Assembly (NCBI GenBank): GCA_965226495.1
Contig: OZ245365.1
Span: 2,496,001 to 2,560,000 of the forward strand
DNA length: 64,000 nt
DNA from: Candidatus Marinacidobacterales bacterium
GTDB lineage: Bacteria > Acidobacteriota > Vicinamibacteria > Marinacidobacterales > DATDRI01
Direction of reading: 5' to 3'
The notes under the pieces: generated by a model
Seen by the model: only the letters and a program-made list of their open reading frames with translations
Told to the model about the DNA's origin: nothing
Databases searched by the model: none
Shown: positions 30,035 through 40,813 of the stretch, piece after piece
Layout: each line of letters begins with the position of its first letter
How positions within the stretch are numbered: the first letter of the stretch is position 1
Translations under genes and position numbers: made by a program

Positions 30035-31276
30035 TTACCGGTTGTCTCTGAACACGCGTCCGTTTTTCATGACGAAACTCACCTCCTTTAGCGTGTGGAT
30101 GTTCTCGAGCGGGTTTTCGGGAGTAGCGATCAGGTCAGCCGCGAGGCCAGGTTTGATGGCGCCTCGGGTGTCCTCGACGCCCAACATCCGGGCGGCGTTT
30201 GTCGTCATGGATTGAAGAATGGCTGTCACCGGCAGCCCCGCTTCGACGTAGTTGTCAATGATGGAGATGCCTAGGCGCCCTCGGGTCTGACCGGGCACCA
30301 CGATGCCGACGTCCGCGCCGAAGGCGAGCATCACCCCTGCATCGTACATGCGCCGGAGCTCTCCGAGTCGTTCCTGGTATCGCTTTTCCGGGTCGGAAAT
30401 GTTTCTTTCCTCGAGCATGACGAGCGTGTCCAGGTTCGGGATGACGGTAACCCCTTTTTCCTTGATCAGACGAAGTGTGTCATCCGACACAAAAAGAGCG
30501 GGCTCCACCGAACCCACACCTCCCTCGACGACGACACGCACACCGGCGTCGGTCGCGGCATAGGCGGCCACTTGAAGGCCGGCCTTGGAAACCTCTTCCA
30601 CCACGAACCGCACGTCTTCGACCGAGTACATGTATGGCTCGTAGTCGATCGCGATCTTGATCACTTTGGCACCGAAATGGATGTTCTCGCGGATTGCTTT
30701 CTTCAGCTCATCCCTGGTATCCGCATGCAGATAATCGGGGGCGGAGGAATAGCGGCCCTCTCGATGAACGGGAAGTCCACCGCCAAAAGGAGCAATCAGG
30801 CGTCCGGAATTGATAATCGTTGGTCCCGGTACCACGCCGTTCTCGATGGCCTGCCGCACGTCGGTGTCGGCGTAATGCCCCCCCACGCCATCGTCGCGAA
30901 TCGTCGTGAATCCCGCTTCCAGGATCTCCCGAGCGTACGCGACGCCCAGAATCGCTCGGTAGCCGGTGGTGAACGTCATAAGGTTGAGGAACAGGCCTCT
31001 AGTCTTGGTGTACTCGGCACAGATATGGGTGTGACAATCGAAGAGTCCCGGCATCACGGTGCTATCCGATAGATCTATCACCTTGGCTCCCGGCGGAATC
31101 GTGACATCTGTCCCGACCGCCGATATGGTCCTTCCCTCGACGAGAATCACCACGTTACTGGTGCTAGTACCGCTTTCTGGATCCACCAAATTACCTGCCT
31201 TGACCGCGGTCACCTGAGCCTCGGAAGCCGGGGCACCTAGAATCAGTAGGCTTAGTAACAACAAGATCCGCTTCAT
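30035..31276 (-). CDS. Secreted amidohydrolase (Xaa-Pro dipeptidase-like, degenerate His ligands)
   Basis: PGLFDCHTH, AGFTTIRD, GAKVIK, GAIKPGLAADLIA. Confidence 0.9.
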   Translation of the reverse strand: MKRILLLLSLLILGAPASEAQVTAVKAGNLVDPESGTSTSNVVILVEGRTISAVGTDVTIPPGAKVIDLSDSTVMPGLFDCHTHICAEYTKTRGLFLNLMTFTTGYRAILGVAYAREILEAGFTTIRDDGVGGHYADTDVRQAIENGVVPGPTIINSGRLIAPFGGGLPVHREGRYSSAPDYLHADTRDELKKAIRENIHFGAKVIKIAIDYEPYMYSVEDVRFVVEEVSKAGLQVAAYAATDAGVRVVVEGGVGSVEPALFVSDDTLRLIKEKGVTVIPNLDTLVMLEERNISDPEKRYQERLGELRRMYDAGVMLAFGADVGIVVPGQTRGRLGISIIDNYVEAGLPVTAILQSMTTNAARMLGVEDTRGAIKPGLAADLIATPENPLENIHTLKEVSFVMKNGRVFRDNR

Positions 31277-31380
31277 TATCTTCTCCTTCCACTTTTCGGC
31301 AGGATAGCCCTTGAATTTCGACATAGAAACTGATATCCCTATCACAATTGTGGGTTTCCGTCATTTAGCAAGGGGGCAGC

Positions 31381-32829
31381 ATGCATTCTCAAGGCACTAG
31401 GAAATCACGGCCAATGAGCACCGCCGCACTGCTTCTCAGCGTCTTCTTTGGCGGGATACTCTTCGCGGGCTTTACTTCTCAGACGTCGATCGATGCGAAA
31501 AGTGAGCTCGTTACCAAGGGCAGGGAGATCTTTTTCAACGAGACCTTCGACGGGAACGGTCGAACCTGTAGCACCTGCCACCGGCCCGAGGACAACTACC
31601 GAATCACCCCGGAGTTCATCGCGTCTCTTCCCGATGACGATCCTCTCTTTGTGCACGAGTTCAACCCGGATCTAAAAGAAAACTTCGAGAAAGCGGATTT
31701 GTTGAGAAAGTACGGACTCATTCTGGGAAACCCCGCCGGGTTTGACGACCTGGAGAACAAGTACGTTATGCGCACGGTTTCATCGCTTCGTTCCGTGCGT
31801 ACCTCCATCAACGGCTCCGAATTCGAGGGGTTCGAGAACAAAACTTCATTCCTTGGCCCCCTTACAGGTTGGGCTGGTGACGGTTCGCCTGATGGAACGC
31901 TCCGCGGATTCGCAGACGGTGCGATCAAAGCACACATGCCCAAGACGCTGAATCGAGTGCCGGGCGTTGACTACAGGTATGCGACCGACGAGGAGCTCGA
32001 TGCCCTCGAGGCGTACATGCTTACGTTGGGCAGGCAGGAGGAGCTGAGCCTTCCCCTCCCTTTGAAGGGTGAGCGAGCTCTGTTGGGACAAGAACTCTTC
32101 ATCGACAAAGACCAGAAAAACGCCCGTTGCAACACGTGTCATATCAATGCGAGTGCTTCGGCGATGAGCGCCGATGCCCGCGCCAAGGGGCAATTTGTCA
32201 ACTTGGGTAGCATCCACCTCAATACCGGCGAAGAGAACTTGGACAATGCTTTGATTCACAGTCTCCCGGTCGACGACGGTTTCGGTACTCCCGGATCCTT
32301 CCGGATGAATACGCCCTCGGTGGTGGAAGCGGCGGACGCCGGCCCTTTGTTCCACAGTGGCTTCTTCAATACGGTCGAAGAGGCGATCGACTTCTACAGT
32401 ACCGACGCCTTCAACAACTCCATCTCCGGGCGTAACATGACCCGAGATTTTGGCGGCCCTACCAATCTGAGCGCTGCCGAAGTGCTCGCGCTCGGCGCCT
32501 TCCTGAGGGTCATCAACGCACTGGACAATATTCGGGAAAGCACCGAGCTCCTCGAGGAAAGCCTCGAAGTAGCTTGGTTGGAACGCGAAGACAAAAAGCG
32601 CCTATTGCGCGAAGCCAACTACGAGACGGAGGACGCCATCATCGTGTTGGGAGGTGTTCATCTACATCCCATCGCCGTAGCTCATCTCAGGAAAGCGGAA
32701 GAACTAACCCAAGAAGCTTTGGACAGCGCGCTTTCTAGAAGCCGACTGACCAAGGAGGCCCTCGCGAAGCACCAGAAGGCCCGAGCCGACCTCATCGAGA
32801 TCTCCGAAAAGCTCGAGGGTGGACCCTAG
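31381..32829 (+). CDS. Di-heme c-type cytochrome (bCcP/MauG-superfamily-like)
   Basis: Signal peptide. GREIFF..FDGNGRTCSTCH and RCNTCH (two CxxCH), FRMNTPSV..A.AGPLFHSG. Start may be 31414. Confidence 0.8.
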   Translation: MHSQGTRKSRPMSTAALLLSVFFGGILFAGFTSQTSIDAKSELVTKGREIFFNETFDGNGRTCSTCHRPEDNYRITPEFIASLPDDDPLFVHEFNPDLKENFEKADLLRKYGLILGNPAGFDDLENKYVMRTVSSLRSVRTSINGSEFEGFENKTSFLGPLTGWAGDGSPDGTLRGFADGAIKAHMPKTLNRVPGVDYRYATDEELDALEAYMLTLGRQEELSLPLPLKGERALLGQELFIDKDQKNARCNTCHINASASAMSADARAKGQFVNLGSIHLNTGEENLDNALIHSLPVDDGFGTPGSFRMNTPSVVEAADAGPLFHSGFFNTVEEAIDFYSTDAFNNSISGRNMTRDFGGPTNLSAAEVLALGAFLRVINALDNIRESTELLEESLEVAWLEREDKKRLLREANYETEDAIIVLGGVHLHPIAVAHLRKAEELTQEALDSALSRSRLTKEALAKHQKARADLIEISEKLEGGP

Positions 32830-32844
32830 AACCCTGCTGTTTCG

Positions 32845-33987
32845 TCAGGCGCCCCAGATTTGCTCGTAGGCCCGGAGCAAATTCTCACCGAGCACCTTGC
32901 GAACGTCTGGCACCGACCATCCGCGACGTAGCAGCGCCCCTGTCACATTGGGTGTCTCGGCGACGTTTTCATAGCCTTTTACGAAGACCGACGCGTCTAC
33001 GAACATCTCGCGCGGGAAGATCGATCGGTTGACGTTCCCATAGTCGATATTCCGCCCCACGACGAAGTCCGAAGCAAGGCTAATATGATCGACGCCGACG
33101 AGCTTGCGCACGTAATCGAATTGATCCACATACTCTTCCACAGTCACTTGACGGATTTCATCTAGGTGCGCATTGGTTTTGTTCCGCACCAGAAAGTCGT
33201 TCACCGGAGTTAGCCCAATCACCCCACCGGTCCTGGCCACTGCTTCGATGAGCCGGTCGCTCACGCAGCGGGGGTTGTCGTTCAAGGCTTTCACGTTACT
33301 ATGGGTGCACATCACGACACGGCCGGCCGACATCTCGATGGCGTCGAGACTCGTTTGCTCGCCGGTGTGTCCTCCGACGTCGAGAACCATATTCAAGCCG
33401 TGAATCTCTTCCACCAAACGACGCCCGGCTCGTGTCAGTCCCATTTCAGGCTCGAGACACCCGCCTCCGAAAATATTGGCGACGTTGTACACAGGCAGGA
33501 CGATTCGCAAGCCAAGCTCGTAATAGGCGCGAAGAGCCGTCTTAGGAGGACCGAATCGGGAGTTCTGCCCGTCACCGAGAGCGTCAGCGCCCTGCCACCC
33601 GAAAACCATAGAGAGCTTCCCTTCCCGATTCGCATCGCGGATATCTCGTACGCTCCTCGCAACGACCAGCTCGTGAGGATGCTGATCGATGAAGTTGTGT
33701 GCGTCCGCAAACGCCTGTACGCCGCCGATGGTCGCGTGCCAGCCATCCACGCCGCCCTTCCGGAGTTCAGCGAGAAAAGCTTCGGTCAAGGCGGCTGGAA
33801 TCAGTCCATCGAAAACGAGGGTTGACTTGTGGATCGCCAGCGGGTCTGCCCCGCCGGCCTCTTGACCGGATACCCTTGGAAACACCGAGCTCGGTGGAAA
33901 ACTTGCGCCCCATCCATCGGAAATTCCGGATAGGCTCGCGGTCGCCCCCACGAGCGCGGCCTGCCGCATGAAGTCTCTTCGGTTCAT
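32845..33987 (-). CDS. Tat-exported membrane dipeptidase (M19) family protein
   Basis: MNRRDFM Tat signal. GLTRAGRRLV, CTHSN..LNDNPRCVSD, GGVIG, VGVDHISLASDF, KVLGENLLR. Confidence 0.9.
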   Translation of the reverse strand: MNRRDFMRQAALVGATASLSGISDGWGASFPPSSVFPRVSGQEAGGADPLAIHKSTLVFDGLIPAALTEAFLAELRKGGVDGWHATIGGVQAFADAHNFIDQHPHELVVARSVRDIRDANREGKLSMVFGWQGADALGDGQNSRFGPPKTALRAYYELGLRIVLPVYNVANIFGGGCLEPEMGLTRAGRRLVEEIHGLNMVLDVGGHTGEQTSLDAIEMSAGRVVMCTHSNVKALNDNPRCVSDRLIEAVARTGGVIGLTPVNDFLVRNKTNAHLDEIRQVTVEEYVDQFDYVRKLVGVDHISLASDFVVGRNIDYGNVNRSIFPREMFVDASVFVKGYENVAETPNVTGALLRRGWSVPDVRKVLGENLLRAYEQIWGA

Positions 33988-34042
33988 CGCTGACTCCTTC
34001 TCTCTTTCGTTTAGGGCGTCTTTCGTTTATGACGACCCTTGT

Positions 34043-35671
34043 TTACGAACCGGGCGGATCATTAGTCCGGCGCAATACGCGGCCCGGTTTCGCCCCGGTG
34101 TGCTGCCCTTTGTCGACCACCACCTTGCCGTTCACGAGGACATGGTGGATACCGGTTGAATAGTGGAGCGGATCTTCGAACGTCGCGATGTCGGAAGTCG
34201 ACTGCGCGTCGAAGATGACGACGTCGGCTTTCTTTCCCACTGCGATCTGTCCGCGGTCCACCAGTCCCAAGCGACGGGCTCCGTGCAACGTCATCTTGTG
34301 AATCGCCTCCTCGAGCGTCAGGACCCCTCCTTCGCGCACGTACTTTCGGAGCATTCGAGGGAAACTCCCTAGAAAGCGGGGATGGGCCCTCGCTCCGCGA
34401 AAAGTCTCGAGTGTGATGGACGACCCGTCCGAACCGATATGCACCCATGGCAGCTGAAGCGCCTTCGTCAAATTCTCTTCGGTGTTGTTGAGCGTCATGG
34501 AGTAAGCACTTCCTTCTTCCTCCAAGACCACGTCCATCACTACCACCGCCGGATCGACGCCCCGTTCTGAAGCGATCTGTGCGACGGTCTTGCCATTGAC
34601 CGATTCATCGGCCGAGCCGATCATCATTCTCTCCCAAAGTGAGGGGTCACCGCCTTCGAGCTCCTGGCCGATGCGCCGCCGCATTGTCTCGTTTCTCAAT
34701 CGCTCGAGCAACTTCTCGATGCCACCTTCTTGCGCCCATGCTGGAAGTCGTCCTCGAAGTCCGCCCATCCCTCGGAGGTAGGGGTAAACGTTTGCGGTGA
34801 TATCCAAACCGTTACTGCGGGCCTGGTCGATCGTGCGGGCGAACTCATCGTACTTCTCGCGCGCCGACGAGTTCAGGTGCATGATCTCGACGGGTATCTT
34901 GGCTTCTCGAGCGATACGGATGGCCTCTCGGAGGCCTCGAAGAGGCTCTTCTCCCGTTTCGCGAAGGTGGGTTCCGTACAAGCCTCCATAGTCTGCCGCC
35001 ACTTCTGCCAGCGCGATTAACTCTTCGGTCTCGGCGAATATGTTGGGGACGTAGGAAAGCCCTGACGAAAGTCCGACCGCCCCTTGCTCCATCGCTTCGG
35101 CGACGAGGCGTTTCATCTCCTCGAGCTCGCTCTCGGTGGGTGGCCGGTCTTCATACCCAATGACGCAAGTCCGCACCTGGCCGGAGCCGACGAAGGACGC
35201 GACGTTGGTGGCAATCCCCTGCTTTTCGAGAGTTTCGAAGTAGCCAGCGAGTGTCGTCCAGGTTACTAGGGGCTGTTGAACTCGCTCTTCGTCGGCACTG
35301 AACGATCGCGGATCCGCTTTGCCCTGAATCGGACCGGCCGAGGACTGCTCTCCGAGAAGCTGGGTCGTGACCCCCTGCAAGACGAAACTGGCGGCCCGCC
35401 CGTCCAGGACCAACGCCCGCTCCGAATGAGCGTGCATGTCGATGAAGCCGGGCGAGACAACGAGTCCTCGGGCGTCGATGATGCGATCGGCCGAACCTTC
35501 GATATCCGGCCCCATCGCGACGATGGTGTCGCCGCGGATGGCGATGCGGAGCTCTACGCCACGTTCTCCGGTTCCGTCGATCACGTTGCCGTTGGTGATG
35601 AGGATATCGTACTCCTCGGTAGGGAGTGACCCGAGGAGCGCGAGGGCGGCCAAGTATGCGATCGCTTTCAT
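34043..35671 (-). CDS. N-acyl-D-amino-acid deacylase (D-aminoacylase) family
   Basis: PGFIDMHAHS, GAVGLSSGLSYVP, THLRE, IGSDG, HPRFLGSFPR, TGAKPGRVLR. Confidence 0.92.
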   Translation of the reverse strand: MKAIAYLAALALLGSLPTEEYDILITNGNVIDGTGERGVELRIAIRGDTIVAMGPDIEGSADRIIDARGLVVSPGFIDMHAHSERALVLDGRAASFVLQGVTTQLLGEQSSAGPIQGKADPRSFSADEERVQQPLVTWTTLAGYFETLEKQGIATNVASFVGSGQVRTCVIGYEDRPPTESELEEMKRLVAEAMEQGAVGLSSGLSYVPNIFAETEELIALAEVAADYGGLYGTHLRETGEEPLRGLREAIRIAREAKIPVEIMHLNSSAREKYDEFARTIDQARSNGLDITANVYPYLRGMGGLRGRLPAWAQEGGIEKLLERLRNETMRRRIGQELEGGDPSLWERMMIGSADESVNGKTVAQIASERGVDPAVVVMDVVLEEEGSAYSMTLNNTEENLTKALQLPWVHIGSDGSSITLETFRGARAHPRFLGSFPRMLRKYVREGGVLTLEEAIHKMTLHGARRLGLVDRGQIAVGKKADVVIFDAQSTSDIATFEDPLHYSTGIHHVLVNGKVVVDKGQHTGAKPGRVLRRTNDPPGS

Positions 35672-35865
35672 TAGAATCCTAAACGAGTTGGTCGAATACG
35701 AGTTCACGATTCTAGTACCAAAAAACGTCGGTCGCCAACACCGAATACAGTGTGCGTATCTGGCACTGGCTCCGATGCGGGCGGCGATGCTAGAGTGGGA
35801 TGCCCAATCCGGGGTTCCCAAGGCTCGATCCACTCGAACCAGAATAGGGCTCAAGGAGGCAGGTC

Positions 35866-37270
35866 GTGAAAAAAACAGTCCTTCTCTTCGCGTTGATCTT
35901 TCCTTGTTTCCCCGCCTTTGCACATTCTACGCAGAGCTCCAACCAGCTCGGGAACAGGGACACTCAGAACTTGTTCGAAACGATAGACGAGAATAGACAG
36001 CGCCATATCTCTTTCCTGAAGAGGCTGGTTGAGGCCACAGAGGCTGGTTGAGGCCACAAAGGAAGGCGAGGAGAGTGTTCAACGTGTCGTAGCTGAGAGG
36101 TTCAAGGAACTTGGTTGCAAAGTTGACGTTCTGAGGATCCTCCCAACAAGCCTCAAGCTTAAGAAGCAGTTCGTATCGTCGGACCTTATCGATCTGACCG
36201 AACGCGTCACCGTAGTCTGTACGATCAAAGGCTCAGCCGAAGGCAAAAGTCTCCTGTTTTTCGCTCACCCCGATAGCCAGCCGGTGACTTCGACGCCTCA
36301 AGACGGGCATCGTGATCCATTCAAGGCGACCATCGTAGGCGATAAGATCTTCGGATGGGGTGTAGCAGACGACCTGGCAGGTGTTGCCATCATGGCCGAG
36401 GCCGTCGACGCAGTACTAACCGCGGGATTGCATCCCCGGGGGGACGTGATTCTGGGTAGCACTGCGAGCAAGAGAAATGCACTAGGTATCATAGCCCTGC
36501 TGAGCAAGGGCTACCATGCAGACGCCTCTATTTATGTTCACCCCGCCGAGTCCGGTGCAGGATTGAACGAAATCAAAGCCTACGCCTCCGGTATGCTCAG
36601 ATTCCGAATCACGATCTCCGGCCGACAGCCCAGCACAACGGAGCCTGATCAAACGGCGTTCGCTCACCTTGGAACCAGTCCCATCAATAAAGCGAATTTG
36701 ATCATGCAGGCTTTGGAGGAACTCGACGCCAGGCGTGGCGAAAGAATCTACCACAAGGCTATAGATGCAGCCGTTGGAAGATCGACTAATCTCCTAATCG
36801 GTCATATTAGCTGCGGAGACGCCAAACGGATCTACCAGATGCCGAACGAATGCGTGATTAGTGCGAGCATAACATTCCCACCGAATGAGGAGCTCAGCGC
36901 GGTGAGGAAAGTCGTTCAGAGCACCGTTGCCGAGGCCGCTGACACCGACCCCTGGCTCGCCCAGCACCCACCATCCATAGACTGGATTTTCGGAGCCCCA
37001 GGCGTGGAAGTACCCACCGACCATCCGTTGTATCAAACGGTTAGTGACGCCATGCGAGCCGCGACGGCTAGAACGCCTCATCTCAATCCGCTCCACTCGG
37101 CAAGCGATATTCGAAATCCAATTCTCTTTAGCGGCATCCCTACTGTTGGTATTGGTCCGCTTGGGGGAGGCTTGAAAGTGACAGGAGGAGAAGACGAGTG
37201 GGTTGATCTCGAGGACTACATTACCGCGATCAAGGTAGGCGCAAAAGTCATCGTAGAATGGTGTCGGTAG
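35866..37270 (+). pseudogene. Secreted M20 (ArgE/DapE-like) peptidase frameshifted by a 19-bp tandem duplication
   Basis: Signal-peptide ORF 35866.. and catalytic ORF (FAHPD, GWGVADDLAG, ASD, DEWV) join in frame if one copy of AGAGGCTGGTTGAGGCCAC is removed. Confidence 0.85.
36020..36057. repeat. Perfect 19-bp tandem duplication
   Basis: AGAGGCTGGTTGAGGCCAC occurs twice in tandem. Confidence 0.95.
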
Positions 37271-37341
37271 CTCTCACGGAAAACCAAACAGGGTCCCGAC
37301 GCTTGTTGGCCGCTTTGCGTCTCTACCTTCGCGTATTCTTG

Positions 37342-37369
37342 TTGACATGTGGAAAAACTGATCTATCCT
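37342..37369 (+). promoter_or_regulatory. Sigma-70-like promoter of the DUF885 gene (duplicated at 41434..41461)
   Basis: TTGACA-N16-TATCCT. Confidence 0.5.
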
Positions 37370-37535
37370 ACATTGCCCAACGGCGCGGTGTTCCAGTCCA
37401 CGGGTCCCCGCTAGGCCCGGCGCTCATGACGCCTGTTACTGAATTTCCTCCACTAAACGACATCAAAGCGGCTGGTTCAACCCGCCTTCGGCGCCTCGAA
37501 TCAACGGCTCTCGAATCTTGTCTCGGAGGAACGTC

Positions 37536-39230
37536 ATGAAACGCTTACGAGTATCAAAAATCGCGATCGGCCTGCTTGGCGTGTGCCTCCCCCTCGCCGC
37601 CCAAGGTACTTCGCAAAGCGGTTACCAACAGTTGGTCACCCTCGACAAAGAGTTCCTGGAATTCGCGAAACCCAAGCAAGTCGACGGCATCCCGGACTAC
37701 GGTTCCGAGGCGATGAAGGCGCAGAAGAAAGGCCTGGAAAACCTTCGGCAGCGTTTGGCGGCCATCGACGCCGACTCCTGGCCGACTAACCAAAAGGTGG
37801 ACTATCTCCTGGTGTGGGCCAGGCTCAATGAGCTCGACTTCGCCCACCGCGTGATGCGACCCTGGGCCCGAGACCCGACGCTCTACCTCGACCTGGTGAA
37901 CCGTTTGCCCTATATCGAGGTTCCCGTCCCGGAAGGCAAAGCGGCTCCGGCAGGTCCGAGAAAACTTCATCCGGTTATCCCGCGCATGTCGAAGACCGAG
38001 TTCCGCAACAAGTTACAAGCGGTGCCCGAGATCATGGCCGAGGCCCAGACCAACCTGACGGTTCCCGTGGGAGAGCTCGCCCATATCACACTTTTCCATC
38101 TAGAGAATTTCGACGGTGTGGGAGCGCGGGAGCCCTACCGCGATGAGCCGCCTGACGGCACCATCGGTTGGTATCAAGACTTGTGTGAGCGGCTCGCGCA
38201 ACACCAATCGGACCTCGTCTCCGATTGCCAAAACGCCCTCAAGGCCCTCGAAGGCTATCGGGATTGGCTCAAGGCGAAGGTCGACGAGATGCCCCAGTCG
38301 GCGGCCATCGGAATAGACAATTTCAACTGGTACCTCAAGTACGTCCGGCTCGTACCTTTCACGGTGGACGAGTTGGAAGCGCATGGCGAGCGGGAGCTGC
38401 AGCGCTACCGCGTCAGTTACATCATTGAGCGGAACAAGAATCGCAACTTACCCGAGCTCAAACTGACAGAGTCCAGAGAAGAGCACGAGGAGCGGACACG
38501 GAAAGCGGAGCAGAAGATTCGAGCTCTTATTGCCTGGCAGGACCTCTTGACCATCCCGGACTATATGCCCCCGGAGTTCGAAACCGACGTGTTCTGGAGC
38601 TCGAGAGCGCCGATCAAACGGCACTTCTGGGAGGAGATTCAGTTCCGGAACGCGCTCAACAACCACATCCACGCGTCCATCCCCGGACATCGTTTCGACG
38701 TAAGGCTCCGGGACCACCTCACCAGCCCCATCCGTCGTACCTATAATGACTGGAATCGCAGGCAAGGATGGGCAGTCTATCTCGAGGAGATGTTCGTACT
38801 GGCCGGTCTCACCGATGACAACCCTCGCGCCGCCGAGCTCTTCTACGCTGCTCTCATGAAACGGGCAAGCCGGATCTTCGCAGAGACGAAAATGCACAGT
38901 GGCGAGTTCACGCTGGCCGAGGCCAATCAGTTGATGATTGACTCCGTTCCCTTCATGGAAGAGGACTTAGGGCGTTACGACCTGGAGGGTTATCTACGCC
39001 GCCCCGGCGGGGGGAGCAGCTACCAGATTGGGAAAATACAAGTCGAACAATTAATGTTCGATCGGGCAACGCAGCTGGGAGATGAGTTCAATCTGAAGGC
39101 CTTCCACGACGAATTTCTGTCCAAGGGCATCATCCCGGTAACCTTGATTCGCTGGGAAATGACCGGTTTGGACGATGAAGTAAAGCCGCTGTGGGTAGAA
39201 GCAGTTGGGCCGCAACCGTCGGAGGATTAG
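37536..39230 (+). CDS. DUF885 family secreted protein (copy 1)
   Basis: Signal peptide. HxxIPGH, QGWAVYLEE, SYQIGK, LGDEFNLKAFHDEFLSKGIIP. Confidence 0.85.
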   Translation: MKRLRVSKIAIGLLGVCLPLAAQGTSQSGYQQLVTLDKEFLEFAKPKQVDGIPDYGSEAMKAQKKGLENLRQRLAAIDADSWPTNQKVDYLLVWARLNELDFAHRVMRPWARDPTLYLDLVNRLPYIEVPVPEGKAAPAGPRKLHPVIPRMSKTEFRNKLQAVPEIMAEAQTNLTVPVGELAHITLFHLENFDGVGAREPYRDEPPDGTIGWYQDLCERLAQHQSDLVSDCQNALKALEGYRDWLKAKVDEMPQSAAIGIDNFNWYLKYVRLVPFTVDELEAHGERELQRYRVSYIIERNKNRNLPELKLTESREEHEERTRKAEQKIRALIAWQDLLTIPDYMPPEFETDVFWSSRAPIKRHFWEEIQFRNALNNHIHASIPGHRFDVRLRDHLTSPIRRTYNDWNRRQGWAVYLEEMFVLAGLTDDNPRAAELFYAALMKRASRIFAETKMHSGEFTLAEANQLMIDSVPFMEEDLGRYDLEGYLRRPGGGSSYQIGKIQVEQLMFDRATQLGDEFNLKAFHDEFLSKGIIPVTLIRWEMTGLDDEVKPLWVEAVGPQPSED

Positions 39231-39607
39231 GCTCCGTCTAGAACATTTTTATGATCTTTTTTTAGAAGGTAAATCTAATACTGAACTTGACATACCTATT
39301 CTGATCAACCGTTAAGCATAGTACTGCCTAAGGCATTATATATGTCGATAAAAGCGCCCAGCTTTCCGAAGTCTCAAATCCCTTCGGGTCGCAGCTATAC
39401 ATGAGTTGAGTAAGCATGTCGCTCTTGCTCCCGAATGCGCCGAAAAGAAGGCTGTCGTTCGTGGACCACCATTCAAACTCTCAACCTATAAGAAAAGACA
39501 TGGAAAAGACAAAGAACTTAGACAACTTTTTAAAAATCGGTTCTTAAAAACATCGTTTTTCAACGTCGGTTTTTAAGGAAAAATATTCTTTCAAAAAGGA
39601 GGACGTA

Positions 39608-40813
39608 ATGAAAAAAAGATTTAAGACGTTACGAAACGTCCGATTATTCCCTTTCCTCATCATGCTTATGGCCATAGTGCTTATAAGTAGCTGCTCCCCA
39701 TCAGAACCTAATCCGTTCGATGTTAGTATTACCCATGTCCCTTCGGTTAACTATGCTGCCCCACAAGGAATCTACCTGGAACCGGAATCTTCTAAATGGG
39801 CATATCCCACAAGTCCATATGCTTACACTCAAAGTCTTATCTGGTTCCTCCACTTGGTTTTCGAGTCACAGGAAGACGATACTCTTAGTTTTGAAGAGGT
39901 AGAAGCCTTATTTAAACGTGAGGGTGAAGTCCTTTGGAAAGAAACATTCTCCAGGGAATACCTCAGGCGGATGGAATGGATAAAGGGTCCTTTCGAGATG
40001 ACTACCGAATATTTCTTAACGAAAATCAATATGGGAAAAGACATGATATCACGTGAAAAGGATATCACGTCGGAACTTCCTGCTGGAGGAACAATATCTT
40101 GGGTACGCATACCCTTTGCTCGTCCCTGGTTTGCACAGATTGACCGCATCGACATGAGATTCAAAGTTCGCGATTCTAAGGGTAATTCGGGTGTGCTTTC
40201 ACATTCGATACCGATTACCAATTATAAGCAAAAGGTAAAGCTGCGACTTCCATTCTCTGGCGTTTGGCAAGTAAGGGCCGGAAATGATCTGACCGCCGGT
40301 CATCGCCGGACCGGCTTGAACGGTTTAAGTACAACCGGCTGGGATTTTATGAAGGTTGATCCACCTGCCGATCCCGGCTATAGGGAGCCGATACTGGCAG
40401 CGGGCGATGGAGTGGTAGTGGATGTACGGAATGACATTACGAGAGTGGGTATGGAGGAACCGTACGAGCCTGAATTCTTGAAAAAAGATACCGACCGTTT
40501 TATTGACTCTTTTGTTTCCATAGATCATGGGAATGGTGAGTATTCTTTGTACGCTCATTTAGATAAAGGTGGCATAGTCGTAAAAGTAGGAGACAAAGTA
40601 AAGGCAGGCCAAGTTATTGCCCGGGACCGTTTGACTGAACATGGCTATCTCGGGTTGCATTTTAATCTGATGACGAAAGGGGAGTGGATCGAAGGGAAAG
40701 GACTACCAGCCATGTTTAGCGACTTCGAACGAGTCCGGGCGGGCAAAGTTCCTGTGTATAAGATAGAGCTTGGAAACCCGATGTCGCAATGGTACGTCCG
40801 TCACATCGAGTAA
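39608..40813 (+). CDS. M23 family metallopeptidase-domain lipoprotein (AT-richer)
   Basis: Lipobox ISSC. PILAAGDGVVV, IDHGNGEYSLYAHL, VKVGDKVKAGQVI, LHF. AAGGAGG RBS. Confidence 0.85.
   Translation: MKKRFKTLRNVRLFPFLIMLMAIVLISSCSPSEPNPFDVSITHVPSVNYAAPQGIYLEPESSKWAYPTSPYAYTQSLIWFLHLVFESQEDDTLSFEEVEALFKREGEVLWKETFSREYLRRMEWIKGPFEMTTEYFLTKINMGKDMISREKDITSELPAGGTISWVRIPFARPWFAQIDRIDMRFKVRDSKGNSGVLSHSIPITNYKQKVKLRLPFSGVWQVRAGNDLTAGHRRTGLNGLSTTGWDFMKVDPPADPGYREPILAAGDGVVVDVRNDITRVGMEEPYEPEFLKKDTDRFIDSFVSIDHGNGEYSLYAHLDKGGIVVKVGDKVKAGQVIARDRLTEHGYLGLHFNLMTKGEWIEGKGLPAMFSDFERVRAGKVPVYKIELGNPMSQWYVRHIE

Larger units (their letters stand above)
37210..39240 (+). repeat. Copy 1 of a 2031-bp direct duplication
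   Basis: Matches 41302..43332 (offset 4092). Differences noticed at 37325/41417 and 37351/41443. Confidence 0.95.

Noticed and set aside
36049-36051. TGA ending ORF 35866 as a readthrough codon
   Set aside because: It is created by the 19-bp duplication, and the continuation is out of frame.
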